The notes beneath the pieces are model-generated. The model did not search any database, was not told the DNA's origin, and saw only the letters and a program-made list of their open reading frames with translations. Positions 1 through 9,863 of a stretch of 64,000 nt of DNA are shown here, one piece after another; the stretch's first letter is position 1; each line of letters begins with the position of its first letter. Source of the stretch: Elusimicrobiota bacterium (lineage in GTDB: Bacteria > Elusimicrobiota > Elusimicrobia > Elusimicrobiales > UBA9959). The DNA lies in assembly GCA_036574205.1 (NCBI GenBank), contig JAINCQ010000020.1, positions 1-64,000 on the forward strand, given 5' to 3'. The translations under genes and the position numbers were made by a program.

Positions 1-191
1 TTCTCCCCATATTCCTCATAAAACCTTATTATCTTTATCCTCTTCTTTGCTACCTCGCTTTCGCTTAAGTTCTTAAGGCTATATAGCATATTATATGCCC
101 TCCTATAGCCTTTTATTCTACGAAATAAAAAGAAATTTTGCATAACAAAAACATCAACCCTTAATGTCGCATATGTATCGTAACTTTTCCA
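1..191 (-). mobile_element. Probable end of an insertion sequence (IS481/integrase-core-like), with the 5' part of its transposase at 1..143 running off the window
   Basis: Manual minus-strand translation from ATG 143 is open to the edge: MQNFFLFRRIKGYRRAYNMLYSLKNLSESEVAKKRIKIIRFYEEYGE, which resembles the HTH-leading N-terminus of such transposases. Candidate terminal repeat 5'-TGGAAAAGTTACGATACATATGCGACA at 191..165. No catalytic domain is visible. Confidence 0.55.
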
Positions 192-212
192 ATAATTTTA
201 TATAATTTAATT

Positions 213-1118
213 ATGTATCCTTATTATATTTTATGGATATTATTCGTTTTAATAGCAGTTATTCTTTTTATTTTTGACTTAAAACTCTCAGTTTTTAAAC
301 CTCATGATATAACTCTTAAAGAATCACTATTTCTTTGTGGAATCTGGATAGTAATAGCCTGTTCTTATGGGTTACTTATAGGCTATTTTTTAAATTTAAA
401 CAAGATGGTGGAGTATTTTACAGCATATATAGTTGAATATTCTCTTTCGGTTGATAATATGTTTGTTTTTTTGATAATTTTTTCCTATTTTGGAATAGAA
501 AAAAAATATCAACCAAAAATTCTTGTTATAGGCATATTAAGTGCTATTGTTATGAGGCTTATTTTTATTTTTACAGGCATAGCTTTGATTTCTAAGTTTA
601 ATTGGATAATATACATATTTGCTATTGTTTTATTATATACTGGCTTTAAAATGTTCTTTGTTGGAAATGAAAAAATAGAGCCAGAGAAAAATCCTCTTTT
701 AAGAGTTATTTCCAAATATATAAATATAGATATGAATTATAAAACTGGAGATTTTTTTATTATCAAAAATGGTAGATTAATCCCTACTATAATGATTGCA
801 GTTTTAATAGTTATAGAATCAACAGATATAGTTTTTGCAGTTGATTCTATTCCGGCTGTGCTTGGTATATCCCAAGATAGGCTTATAGTATATTCCTCAA
901 ATATATTTGCTGTTATAGGGTTAAGGAGCCTTTATTTTGCTTTGGCGGCTATAAACGATTATTTCAAATATTTGAAAAAGGGAGTAGCAATAGTTTTAAT
1001 TTATGTAGGATTTAAGATGCTATTTTCCCATTTTATTCACATTCCTCCATTTCTTTCTTTAATGGTTATAATTGTGATATTATCTATTTCAATAATTTTC
1101 TCCTTTATTAAAAAATAA
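213..1118 (+). CDS. TerC/Alx family membrane protein
   Basis: Motifs EYSLSVDNMFVF, IESTDIVFAVDSIPAV and SNIFAVIGLRSLYF; multiple TM segments. Confidence 0.93.
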   Translation: MYPYYILWILFVLIAVILFIFDLKLSVFKPHDITLKESLFLCGIWIVIACSYGLLIGYFLNLNKMVEYFTAYIVEYSLSVDNMFVFLIIFSYFGIEKKYQPKILVIGILSAIVMRLIFIFTGIALISKFNWIIYIFAIVLLYTGFKMFFVGNEKIEPEKNPLLRVISKYINIDMNYKTGDFFIIKNGRLIPTIMIAVLIVIESTDIVFAVDSIPAVLGISQDRLIVYSSNIFAVIGLRSLYFALAAINDYFKYLKKGVAIVLIYVGFKMLFSHFIHIPPFLSLMVIIVILSISIIFSFIKK

Positions 1119-1124
1119 TTTACT

Positions 1125-1154
1125 TTGACATTTTGGCTTTTTTAATGCTATCAT
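1125..1154 (+). promoter_or_regulatory. Sigma70-type promoter for the FKBP gene
   Basis: TTGACA (1125-1130), 18-nt spacer, TG-n-TATCAT (-10 at 1149-1154); AGGAGG RBS at 1161. Confidence 0.7.
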
Positions 1155-1171
1155 TTATTAAGGAGGATAAA

Positions 1172-1876
1172 ATGAAAAAAATTGTATTTGTTTTTGTGTT
1201 GCTCTGTTCCGTTAGTGTTTATGTTTCATCGGAAGAAAAAAAATCCGATAAAACCTCTAAATATTCAGCCCCATATATGCTTGGAGTAGCCCTTACAAGA
1301 AACATCACAGAATATCAGTTTACAAAAGACGAAATATCCCAGATAATAAAGGGTTTTAATGATGGGATAAACAAAAGGGTAAACTATAAAGAAGTTATTA
1401 ATTATGAAGAATTGAATGGATTTATAAACGATAAAAAAAATATAATCATCCAGAAACATAAAAAGGAAGGAGAAAGCTATCTTTTAAATATGGCAAAGGA
1501 GCCAAACGCTCAAAAATTTGAGTCTGGACTTGTATTGATAAAAACTGTTGAAGGAAATGGAGATACTCCTGTTTCCACAGATATTGTAAAAGTTCACTAT
1601 AATGGGTATTTTATAAACGGAGTTTCTTTTGATAGTTCCTATAAACGAGGAGAACCGGTAAAGTTTGCTTTAAATCAGGTAATACCCTGCTGGACAGAAG
1701 CCCTCACTAAAATTAAAGTTGGAGGGAAAGCAAAAATAGGATGTCCATCTCAAATAGCATATGGTGATAAAGGAATGGAACCGGTAATACCCCCAGGATC
1801 CACTTTGATTTTTGATGTTGAACTTCTTGATATAGTTAGACAACAGAATGTAACAAAAGAAGATAAGAAAGAATAA
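1172..1876 (+). CDS. FKBP-type peptidyl-prolyl isomerase (FkpA/Mip-like), exported
   Basis: VKVHYNG, FDSSYKRGEP, VIPCWTEAL, IPPGSTLIFDVEL; signal peptide MKKIVFVFVLLC. Start moved from the TTG at 1133 to ATG 1172 after AGGAGG. Confidence 0.92.
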   Translation: MKKIVFVFVLLCSVSVYVSSEEKKSDKTSKYSAPYMLGVALTRNITEYQFTKDEISQIIKGFNDGINKRVNYKEVINYEELNGFINDKKNIIIQKHKKEGESYLLNMAKEPNAQKFESGLVLIKTVEGNGDTPVSTDIVKVHYNGYFINGVSFDSSYKRGEPVKFALNQVIPCWTEALTKIKVGGKAKIGCPSQIAYGDKGMEPVIPPGSTLIFDVELLDIVRQQNVTKEDKKE

Positions 1877-1941
1877 AACAAAAGAAATAAGTTTATTTTG
1901 AAATTTATTATTTTTAATACTTATTATTTAGCGGAGGTCTA

Positions 1942-2910
1942 ATGAAAAATACTTTTGATATTATCTTATTAACAGCACTTCCAGCATCTGGAAAATCTGA
2001 GGTTAGAAGATTTTTAAAAAATGTAAGCGAAGAAGAATTAAAAAATGATTTTCATATAGGCAAAAATCTCCAACTTGACGATTTCCCTTATGTTCATATA
2101 ATGAGAAGAATAGATGAAGAGTTATTTAAATTGGGAAAGAATAGAATATTTTTTGAATCTCCTGATAAACCTTTTAAAAATCCTTATGATTGGGGAACGC
2201 TGATAGAGCTTATAAATATGGATTATAAAGATATGATTTTAAGAACAAAATATTCTATTCATGCTGGGAAATGGATTATAGATAGAATAGAAAAAGCCTC
2301 AAAAAAAATTGGTATACCTGAAAGATTAACTAATTTAGATAAAAATATTATTGAAGTTGTTGCTGAAAAAATAAATAAAGAATCTCAAGATATAATTAAT
2401 GATAAATATTCAAACTATACTGATGATTTTTCTGACAAAACCATAATAATAGAGTTTGCAAGAGGTGGGAAGCAAGGTTCAGATATGCCTTTAAAAAAGC
2501 CTTTTGGATATGAATATTCTTTTAGCAAGCTTGATGAGGAAATACTAAAAAAAGCCGTTATATTGTATATATGGGTTACCCCTGAAGAATCAAGAAGGAA
2601 AAATGAGGCAAGAGCAAATCCAAATGACCCTGGTTCAATACTTCATCATGGAGTTCCAATAGATGTTATGTTAAATGATTACGGGTGTGACGATATGTTT
2701 TATCTTGTTGAAAAATCAGAAATTAAAGGGACTGTGACGGTTGAAAAAAATGGCAAGAAATTTTATGTTCCTTTTGCTTATTTTGATAATAGAATTGATA
2801 AGACAAGCTTTTTAAGGGATGATGTCTCAAAGTGGGATAAAGATAAGGTTAAAGAAATAAGAAAAATGATAAAAACTGCAACGAATTCACTTTTTTCTTT
2901 TGCCAGATAA
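1942..2910 (+). CDS. Uncharacterised P-loop protein, NMP-kinase-like layout
   Basis: Walker A-like LLTALPASGKS, Walker B-like IIIEFARG, lid-like WVTPEESRRKNEAR; GGAGG RBS. Confidence 0.6.
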   Translation: MKNTFDIILLTALPASGKSEVRRFLKNVSEEELKNDFHIGKNLQLDDFPYVHIMRRIDEELFKLGKNRIFFESPDKPFKNPYDWGTLIELINMDYKDMILRTKYSIHAGKWIIDRIEKASKKIGIPERLTNLDKNIIEVVAEKINKESQDIINDKYSNYTDDFSDKTIIIEFARGGKQGSDMPLKKPFGYEYSFSKLDEEILKKAVILYIWVTPEESRRKNEARANPNDPGSILHHGVPIDVMLNDYGCDDMFYLVEKSEIKGTVTVEKNGKKFYVPFAYFDNRIDKTSFLRDDVSKWDKDKVKEIRKMIKTATNSLFSFAR

Positions 2911-2959
2911 GTCATTGTAACTATCATTATAACTATAACGAAAAATGGCAAGAAAATTT

Positions 2960-3055
2960 TTATTTAGCTTTTAGAATTTTATAAAAGCACCATATACTTG
3001 CCGCAATTATAGTGCCCCAAGATACAGCCATAAATAAATATCCTGATGATTTCAT
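2960..3055 (-). CDS. Small single-TM protein, MetS-like NSS transporter small subunit (31 aa)
   Basis: MKSSGYLFMAVSWGTIIAASIWCFYKILKAK; ATG 3055 overlaps the transporter TGA (ATGA coupling). Confidence 0.7.
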   Translation of the reverse strand: MKSSGYLFMAVSWGTIIAASIWCFYKILKAK

Positions 3056-4605
3056 TCCTCTCTCCCTAAGGTTTGTAATTTTTTTGATTTCTTTACCCAA
3101 AACAGTAAAATTCCTGCAAAAGCTATTATAATAATCCTTGCTATCCATCTCCATATGAAATCTTTATCGCTTACTCCTTTCATTGTCATAATATCCCATG
3201 CACCTTGATAGGTCCATGCTATAAATATAGCAAGCATAAAAATAGGAGAAATATATTTAAGAACAAACATAAAGAAAACTGGGACTTTTATTAAGCTGCC
3301 TCGCATTATTTCCTCCCATGCATTCTTTTCCCCGTATATCCAGACGAATATTATTATCTCTATTAGAGCAAAAAGAGAAAGCCCAAATGTGCCTACCCAG
3401 AAATCCAGTTCATCAACTGTCCCATGGTTAAAGCCTAATATTATTATTGAAGCAGCAATAAATATTATTATAGCTGAAATGGTTACAGCTTTTTTCCTTG
3501 AAATATCTAATTCATCTTCAAGAAAACTAATTAGCGGTTGTATAAGTGCAACTGATGATGTTATGCCAGCTAAAAATAGCAGCAAAAACCAGATAGTTCC
3601 CATAATACTTCCAAAGGATAGATTTTGGAATATGACAGGCATAGCAACAAAACCAAGGTTGAAGGCACCACTTTTTGCTATCTCAACTGTTTGCATATGA
3701 CCAAAAAAAGCAAAGGCTATTGGTATTGCTATTGAACCACCCAGAATTACCTCAGCAATTTCATTGGTCATTACGGTGGTAAATCCTGCAAGAGCTATGT
3801 CGTCATTTTTTCTTACATAACTTGCATATGTGTGGATAGCACCACTTGCTATTGATGTAGTAAAAAATATCTGACCTGCGGCTGCAAGCCATATCTTTGC
3901 ATTTAAAAGCTGGGAAAAATCAGGATTCCATATAAATCCAAGACCATTTAAAACATTATTCTCTGGATAATCTGGATTAGGTGTGCCGATTGTAAACACT
4001 TTAATCATAAGAAAAACAGCAAATATAAAAAGAATAGGCATTGCTATATTGGCAAGTTTCTCTATCCCTTTTGCTATTCCTCCAGACAAAACCCATATGT
4101 TTATTGCAAAAACCAGAATAAAAAAAACATATGCCGTAATTGAAACTCCTATAAAAGATCCACCTCTCTGATATTGAGATAAAAATTCCTTCATGGTTTC
4201 TTGAGATGTATTTCCAAAATAAGACTTAAATATTGAAAAAACGCTGTATGCAAAAGTCCATGATTCTATATATATGTAATAAAACACTATTGAAACAGGC
4301 AAGAGGATTCCTAAAATTCCTATATACTTTGCTGCTGGATGTTTCCATAACATAGAAAATATACCTGGCATCGTTCCATGTCCCTTAGATCCACCTAATC
4401 TTCCCATAGCCCACTCTGCCCACATAATTGGAATCGCCAGAAAAACAAGCGCGATAAAATATGGAATCATAAAAGCCCCTCCACCATTTGAAGCTGCCTG
4501 AACAGGAAACCTCAAAAAATTTCCAAGACCTATAGCATTTCCAGCCATAGCAAGTATAAGACCAATTTTTGTATTCCATGTTTCTCTTTTTTGGTTTAAT
4601 TCCAT
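3052..4605 (-). CDS. Sodium-dependent transporter, NSS/SNF (LeuT-like) family
   Basis: GNAIGLGNFLRFP, GGGAFMIPY, WLAAAGQIFFT, AGITSSVAL. Confidence 0.95.
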   Translation of the reverse strand: MELNQKRETWNTKIGLILAMAGNAIGLGNFLRFPVQAASNGGGAFMIPYFIALVFLAIPIMWAEWAMGRLGGSKGHGTMPGIFSMLWKHPAAKYIGILGILLPVSIVFYYIYIESWTFAYSVFSIFKSYFGNTSQETMKEFLSQYQRGGSFIGVSITAYVFFILVFAINIWVLSGGIAKGIEKLANIAMPILFIFAVFLMIKVFTIGTPNPDYPENNVLNGLGFIWNPDFSQLLNAKIWLAAAGQIFFTTSIASGAIHTYASYVRKNDDIALAGFTTVMTNEIAEVILGGSIAIPIAFAFFGHMQTVEIAKSGAFNLGFVAMPVIFQNLSFGSIMGTIWFLLLFLAGITSSVALIQPLISFLEDELDISRKKAVTISAIIIFIAASIIILGFNHGTVDELDFWVGTFGLSLFALIEIIIFVWIYGEKNAWEEIMRGSLIKVPVFFMFVLKYISPIFMLAIFIAWTYQGAWDIMTMKGVSDKDFIWRWIARIIIIAFAGILLFWVKKSKKLQTLGREE

Positions 4606-4682
4606 TTTGCCCCTCCTGAATATTAAATTTATTATACTATTTTTGTTTTAAATTTTATATATTATTTATATAGCTTATTTTT

Positions 4683-4756
4683 GCCAGGGTAGCTCAGCTG
4701 GTTAGAGCGGCGGTTTCGTAAACCGCAGGTCAAGGGTTCAATTCCCTTCCCTGGCT
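4683..4756 (+). tRNA. tRNA-Thr(CGT), CCA not encoded
   Basis: Acceptor stem GCCAGGG/CCCTGGC, D arm AGCTCAGCTGGTTAGAGC, anticodon arm GCGGT-TTCGTAA-ACCGC, T arm AAGGG-TTCAATT-CCCTT. Confidence 0.96.
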
Positions 4757-4843
4757 TAGAGACTGATTATAAAAACTTTATAATTTATTAAAACTAAGCG
4801 ATATTGGGAAAGATTGCTTTAGTTAGAAAATGGAGGAAATTTA

Positions 4844-7282
4844 ATGAAGACTGTAAAACCCTCAGTTATTGAAGAATTTAATTTAGAACCATCCGTTTAT
4901 ATTGTAAGAAAGGCCATACAATTTTTGATTCCATTGCTTTATCTTCTAATATCTATTTCTTTTTATCTAAGGACTTATGATTCCGCTCAGGTTAAAATAA
5001 CCCTTTTACAGATGGGTGGGCTCTCTATTGTGGCTTTATGGATTTCGCTCCTTTTTCTTGAAGGGAAAAAAAGCTTTACAAAAGAAGATTTTGTTTTTCT
5101 TGCTCCATTTATTTGTTATTTAATTTATATTATTTTCTCATTTATAAATGTTCCCTATAAAGAGTGGGCTCTTGATGATTTTTTGAGATATACTCTTTAT
5201 TCATTTATATCATTGATAGTTATAAGGGAGTTTGATATATCGGCAATAAATAGGCTTACAAAATTTCTCATAATATCTACATGGATAGTGGTGGCTTATG
5301 GAATTATACAATGGATAGATGTTAATTTTTTCCCGCCAAGGGGGGTTGGAACTGGAATTGATCCATTTATATGGAGAGGTGCTTTTGCTAATAGAATATT
5401 TTCTACTTATGGTAATCCAAACTTTTTTGCCAACTACATGGTTTTAATGCTTCCCATAATAATTTCACGTTTGTTAAAGACAAAAAATATTTCCTTAGCC
5501 TTTCTTGCAATCTGTGATATATTTTGCATTATAAATACATATACCAAAGGAGCCTGGATTGGATTTGGAATATCAACCCTTATCTTTGTTGCGATTTATA
5601 TATACTATTTCACTGAATTTGACAAAAAAATCATTCGCTGGATATATTTTATTCTTATAATTATAGGGATGATTGTAACCGTTGGCGTTGTTAATTATGC
5701 TGCTAAGAAAAGCCTTTCATCCGTGCCTTTCAGGGTGGCTACTTGGCTTTCCACATGGGAGATGATAGAAACACATCCTGTTATAGGAAGCGGGGTAGGA
5801 TCTTTCAGACCGCTTTATCCAGCATATAGAAGGCCAATCATATTTCATATAGAGGGAAGGCATAATACGGAAACCGATCATGCAGAAAACGAACATTTAG
5901 AACAGTTGCTTGATAATGGAATAATAGGGGCTGGAATATTTTACTGGATGATAATTTTTGTTACTGTAACTGGCTTAAGAGCAATAAGATTTACTATTGA
6001 GACCAGAGAAAAAGAAAAAGCTTATGATTTGCTTGGTTATCTTGTAGCCTTTTTAGGTATGCTTATACATAATTTTACTGATGTAAGTATGAGATTCGTA
6101 TCTTCAGGAGTTTACTTGGGGCTTCTTCCTGCCGTTATAATAAATCTTTCACGTGGACATGCTTTATGGGAATTTCATTATATGGGAACTGATTTGAAAA
6201 ATAAAATAGATGAAGAGAAAAAAAATCTAATTAAAATCTTATTGGGTATAACTGCAATTATAGTAATAATCTGGCTTGCTATAAAGATAATATACGAGTT
6301 TTCCCAGTTACAGGGAGATGTAGTAATGATGAAAGAGACAGGGGATATTATATTATATTCTCTTTCATGGGTGATACTGCTTTTTTTATGTGCTTATATT
6401 GCATATGTTTTTTCTAAAATAATACTCAAAAGTTTTAATATCTATGTTTCAATCATATCTCTTATTTTCTTTATGCCAATTTCTTTTTTTCCTGTTTATT
6501 ATTTCTGGGGATGGTTTAAGGCTGATGTAAATCATAACATGGCAATATTTTTCTCAAAACAGGGGAAATGGGATGAAGCACTTGGATACTATCAAAAGGT
6601 AGTTAAATATAATTCTACTTTTATAATGCCATATTATTTTATGGGCAATGTGTTTACTGATAGATTTGATATGAGAAAACAATATAGGGAAGAGTGGGGA
6701 GATAAAAATAAAGTTCTAAGGGACGATTTTGAAAGAGCTTTTGAGATGTATGAAAAAGTTAGATCGCTTGCTCCAAATTATGTTCAGATGCATCATCAGG
6801 TAGGAGTTCTTTATATGAAAATGGCAGAATATATGAGAGTTCAGGGGAAGATGGAAGAGGCGTTAAAATATCTTGATAAGGCGATGAACAGATTTGAACT
6901 TTATCAAAATCTTGATCCTGTTTTCGCATATAATTACCTTAGAAGAGCTCAGGTATGGATTTTTAAAAATAACTTTAAGAAGGCTGAACAGGAATATTTA
7001 AATTATTTAAATGCCTGGCGATGCAATGAACATAATTTTTTATCAGCACAAAAGGTTTATGGCAAAGATCATCAAGGTACCGGGATGTCTAATGAATATA
7101 AGCCAAAAGACATATATCCTCATCTTTGTGATGTTTATACAAACCTTGCAAATCTTTATTTTATACAGGGAGATATAAAAAAATCTTATGAAAACTATCT
7201 TAAGGCGCTTAATATAAATCCTGAATATGAACCTGCAAAAAGAAACATACAGGCAGCTAAAGCAAGGCTTGGAATAAAATAA
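4844..7282 (+). CDS. O-antigen ligase/O-oligosaccharyltransferase-like (Wzy_C) membrane protein with C-terminal TPRs
   Basis: Many TMs; STYGNPNFFANY, RVATWLSTWEMIETHPVIGSGVGSF, HAENEHLEQLLDNGIIG; TPR-like helices at the C-terminus. Confidence 0.82.
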   Translation: MKTVKPSVIEEFNLEPSVYIVRKAIQFLIPLLYLLISISFYLRTYDSAQVKITLLQMGGLSIVALWISLLFLEGKKSFTKEDFVFLAPFICYLIYIIFSFINVPYKEWALDDFLRYTLYSFISLIVIREFDISAINRLTKFLIISTWIVVAYGIIQWIDVNFFPPRGVGTGIDPFIWRGAFANRIFSTYGNPNFFANYMVLMLPIIISRLLKTKNISLAFLAICDIFCIINTYTKGAWIGFGISTLIFVAIYIYYFTEFDKKIIRWIYFILIIIGMIVTVGVVNYAAKKSLSSVPFRVATWLSTWEMIETHPVIGSGVGSFRPLYPAYRRPIIFHIEGRHNTETDHAENEHLEQLLDNGIIGAGIFYWMIIFVTVTGLRAIRFTIETREKEKAYDLLGYLVAFLGMLIHNFTDVSMRFVSSGVYLGLLPAVIINLSRGHALWEFHYMGTDLKNKIDEEKKNLIKILLGITAIIVIIWLAIKIIYEFSQLQGDVVMMKETGDIILYSLSWVILLFLCAYIAYVFSKIILKSFNIYVSIISLIFFMPISFFPVYYFWGWFKADVNHNMAIFFSKQGKWDEALGYYQKVVKYNSTFIMPYYFMGNVFTDRFDMRKQYREEWGDKNKVLRDDFERAFEMYEKVRSLAPNYVQMHHQVGVLYMKMAEYMRVQGKMEEALKYLDKAMNRFELYQNLDPVFAYNYLRRAQVWIFKNNFKKAEQEYLNYLNAWRCNEHNFLSAQKVYGKDHQGTGMSNEYKPKDIYPHLCDVYTNLANLYFIQGDIKKSYENYLKALNINPEYEPAKRNIQAAKARLGIK

Positions 7283-7285
7283 AAG

Positions 7286-9832
7286 ATGATAGAGAAACTT
7301 AAACACAATCCAGTTATAAAAATTTTATTCATATTCACATTTTTTGTATCTCCGCTATTCTTCTTTACCAATCTTACAAGAAACCCTTATTTTTTTCAAA
7401 TAACCCTTCTAAATATTTCAATTATGATTTTGGCTTCATATATTATTTTAGAATGGTTAAAAAGAAAAAAAATATCTCTTATTTATAACCCTATAATTTT
7501 ATCATTCCTTTTGTTATTGTTTATTTTTTTGCTAACTTCAATTTATTCCTATTTCAATCATCATCAATTTTATCGTCCATCTTTGTTAAGTGAATTTAGA
7601 AGGATATGGCTTTTTACTTTGATAAATTGTTTTCTTCCTTTTTTTATTTCTTCAAATATATCTTTTGGGAAAAAAGACAGTTTTTCTTCTCCTTTTAATT
7701 TTCTTTTTATTTTTTTATGGGGAATATTATGGTTTTTATTCCCTTATTTGAAATCTGAAGCTATTTTTTTTGATTTTTATGGATTTTTTTTGTTTATCAT
7801 AATCTTTTTTTATATCTTTGTAAAAATAAAAGAGATAGATCAACACATACTTATAAACATAGCTCTTTTATCAGGTTTTTTGGCATCCTGTTATGGGATT
7901 ATGCAATACTTTGGATATGAGTTTATATGGTCTAAGGCTTTAAATCCTTATGGTAGAAGAGCTGTAAGTACGTTTGGAAATCCAAATTTTATTTCTTCTT
8001 ATGCGCTTATGCTTATCCCTTTTTCCCTGTATTATCTTGGCAATGCAAAAGACACAAACAGCAAAATTTGCTATCTGGTTTATTCCATTTCATATCTTGG
8101 TATGATATTTGCAAGTCTCACAAGATCCACTATAATAGGACTTGTATTCTTGTTTGTGTTCCTTTTTTCTTTCTCAAATTACAGAAAATTTTTATTATCC
8201 AATATTAAAAGCACAAAAAAGTTTTTTATAATTGCTTTATTTGTTCTTATTTTATGGCCCGACCAGAATCTGAAACCTTTTAGCTTTGGAGTGCTTAGTA
8301 GGGTTTATGAAGGGGCTAAAAACAGCATTTCTAAAATTTCTCTCAGAATACCCCCAAAAGACGTTTATCCCTCTTTTCATCAGAGGCTTATGATATGGAC
8401 AAGCGGTATGATGATGTTTAAGGAAAACCCTCTTCTTGGCAATGGCTGGGGAAGTTTTGAACTTTTTTATCCATTTTATCAGGGGAAACTTTTAAGAGAT
8501 TTTCCTTCTATCAGGAGTTTGAGGACTCATGCTAATAACGCTCATAACGAAGTAATAGAAATTCTTTCACAAACAGGAATAATTGGATTTGGCGCGTCTT
8601 TGTTTTTTCTTTTTGCTGTGATCTTTTGCGCTATAAAATTTATCAGAACTTCTATGGATGAGGATAGGAAAAATTTCATGATAGCAATGCTTGGATCGGT
8701 TTTGGCGATGATAATTGATAATATGCTTAATGTTTCAATTCATTTTGCAGTTCCAGGATTTCTTTTTTTCTGGATTATTGGAGGTATTTCCTTTCAATCT
8801 GGTATCGTCTTAAAAGAAATAAATTTTAGTTTTTTAAAAAAAATTGTCTTAATAATCTTGCTGATTTTTTTGGTTTTTTGTTCTTATTTCTGGATTACTC
8901 AGTTTCTTAGAGAAATATTTTATTTCAAAGGTTTTAAGGAGATGAGAGGCGGGAAGTTTTTGATTGCAAAGGAATCTCTTCAAAAAGCCTATAATTTTAA
9001 TTCAATAGAGGTTAATAATAATTATGAGCTTGCTAATGCTTACACAAGACTTGGTGAATTTGAAAATGCAATTTTTATGTATAAGATGGCAATAAACTCA
9101 AATGCAGGATATGATGAGATATATTTTAATTTAGGAGTAGTTCAGAAAAAAAATGGTATATATGAGGATGCGATAAAAAACTTTAGAACTTCTTTATGGA
9201 TAAACCCACTTAATGAAAAAGCTTATTATGCCTGCGCTGAGATAATGCTTGGCGATATAAATAAGTATTATCAAGATCTTAAAATATTGATTGAAGATGG
9301 TCTGGCGGTTCATCCAAATGATTCGCATATGCGTAATATTATGGGATATTTGTATGAATTAAAAAAAGATTACTCAAAAGCTATGGAGGAATATAGTATA
9401 GCTTGTATCAATGATCCTTATAGCGATGTATACCTTAGTAATTTATTGAGGATTTCTAATGGTAAAAAAAATGAAGTAATAGAATTTGTTTCGTTTTATA
9501 GAGATGTTTATATCAAAAATAATTATGATATAAAAAAACTTGGCTCTTATCTTAAAAAAAATGAGCATATACTTGGAACTTACTTGAAATTTAGATTTTT
9601 GAAAGCAAAATATTATTTTGAAATTGGAGAGATGAAGATATCTGAAACTATTTTAAAAGACATAATATCTGAAGATTCCAATTTCTATCCTGCAATTTAT
9701 GCATTAGCTATGGTTTATGAAAAGACTGGAAGATATGATGATGCTATATCACAACTTGAAAATTATTTAATTTATAATCCTCAAAACGATAAAGTGGTTG
9801 AAAAAATAAGGAAATTAAAAATAATGAAATAA
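7286..9832 (+). CDS. Second O-antigen ligase-like (Wzy_C) protein with TPRs
   Basis: STFGNPNFISSY, RLMIWTSGMMMFKENPLLGNGWGSF, canonical AHNEVIEILSQTGIIG; TPR array in the C-terminal third. Confidence 0.85.
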   Translation: MIEKLKHNPVIKILFIFTFFVSPLFFFTNLTRNPYFFQITLLNISIMILASYIILEWLKRKKISLIYNPIILSFLLLLFIFLLTSIYSYFNHHQFYRPSLLSEFRRIWLFTLINCFLPFFISSNISFGKKDSFSSPFNFLFIFLWGILWFLFPYLKSEAIFFDFYGFFLFIIIFFYIFVKIKEIDQHILINIALLSGFLASCYGIMQYFGYEFIWSKALNPYGRRAVSTFGNPNFISSYALMLIPFSLYYLGNAKDTNSKICYLVYSISYLGMIFASLTRSTIIGLVFLFVFLFSFSNYRKFLLSNIKSTKKFFIIALFVLILWPDQNLKPFSFGVLSRVYEGAKNSISKISLRIPPKDVYPSFHQRLMIWTSGMMMFKENPLLGNGWGSFELFYPFYQGKLLRDFPSIRSLRTHANNAHNEVIEILSQTGIIGFGASLFFLFAVIFCAIKFIRTSMDEDRKNFMIAMLGSVLAMIIDNMLNVSIHFAVPGFLFFWIIGGISFQSGIVLKEINFSFLKKIVLIILLIFLVFCSYFWITQFLREIFYFKGFKEMRGGKFLIAKESLQKAYNFNSIEVNNNYELANAYTRLGEFENAIFMYKMAINSNAGYDEIYFNLGVVQKKNGIYEDAIKNFRTSLWINPLNEKAYYACAEIMLGDINKYYQDLKILIEDGLAVHPNDSHMRNIMGYLYELKKDYSKAMEEYSIACINDPYSDVYLSNLLRISNGKKNEVIEFVSFYRDVYIKNNYDIKKLGSYLKKNEHILGTYLKFRFLKAKYYFEIGEMKISETILKDIISEDSNFYPAIYALAMVYEKTGRYDDAISQLENYLIYNPQNDKVVEKIRKLKIMK

Positions 9833-9863
9833 AAATTTAATATAATTTATTAATAATATATCT

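Noticed and set aside
4792..4824. Imperfect hairpin AACTAAGCGAT...ATTGCTTTAGTT between tRNA-Thr and the first ligase-like gene
   Set aside because: Weak, AT-rich and without a U-tract; cannot be called a terminator or regulator
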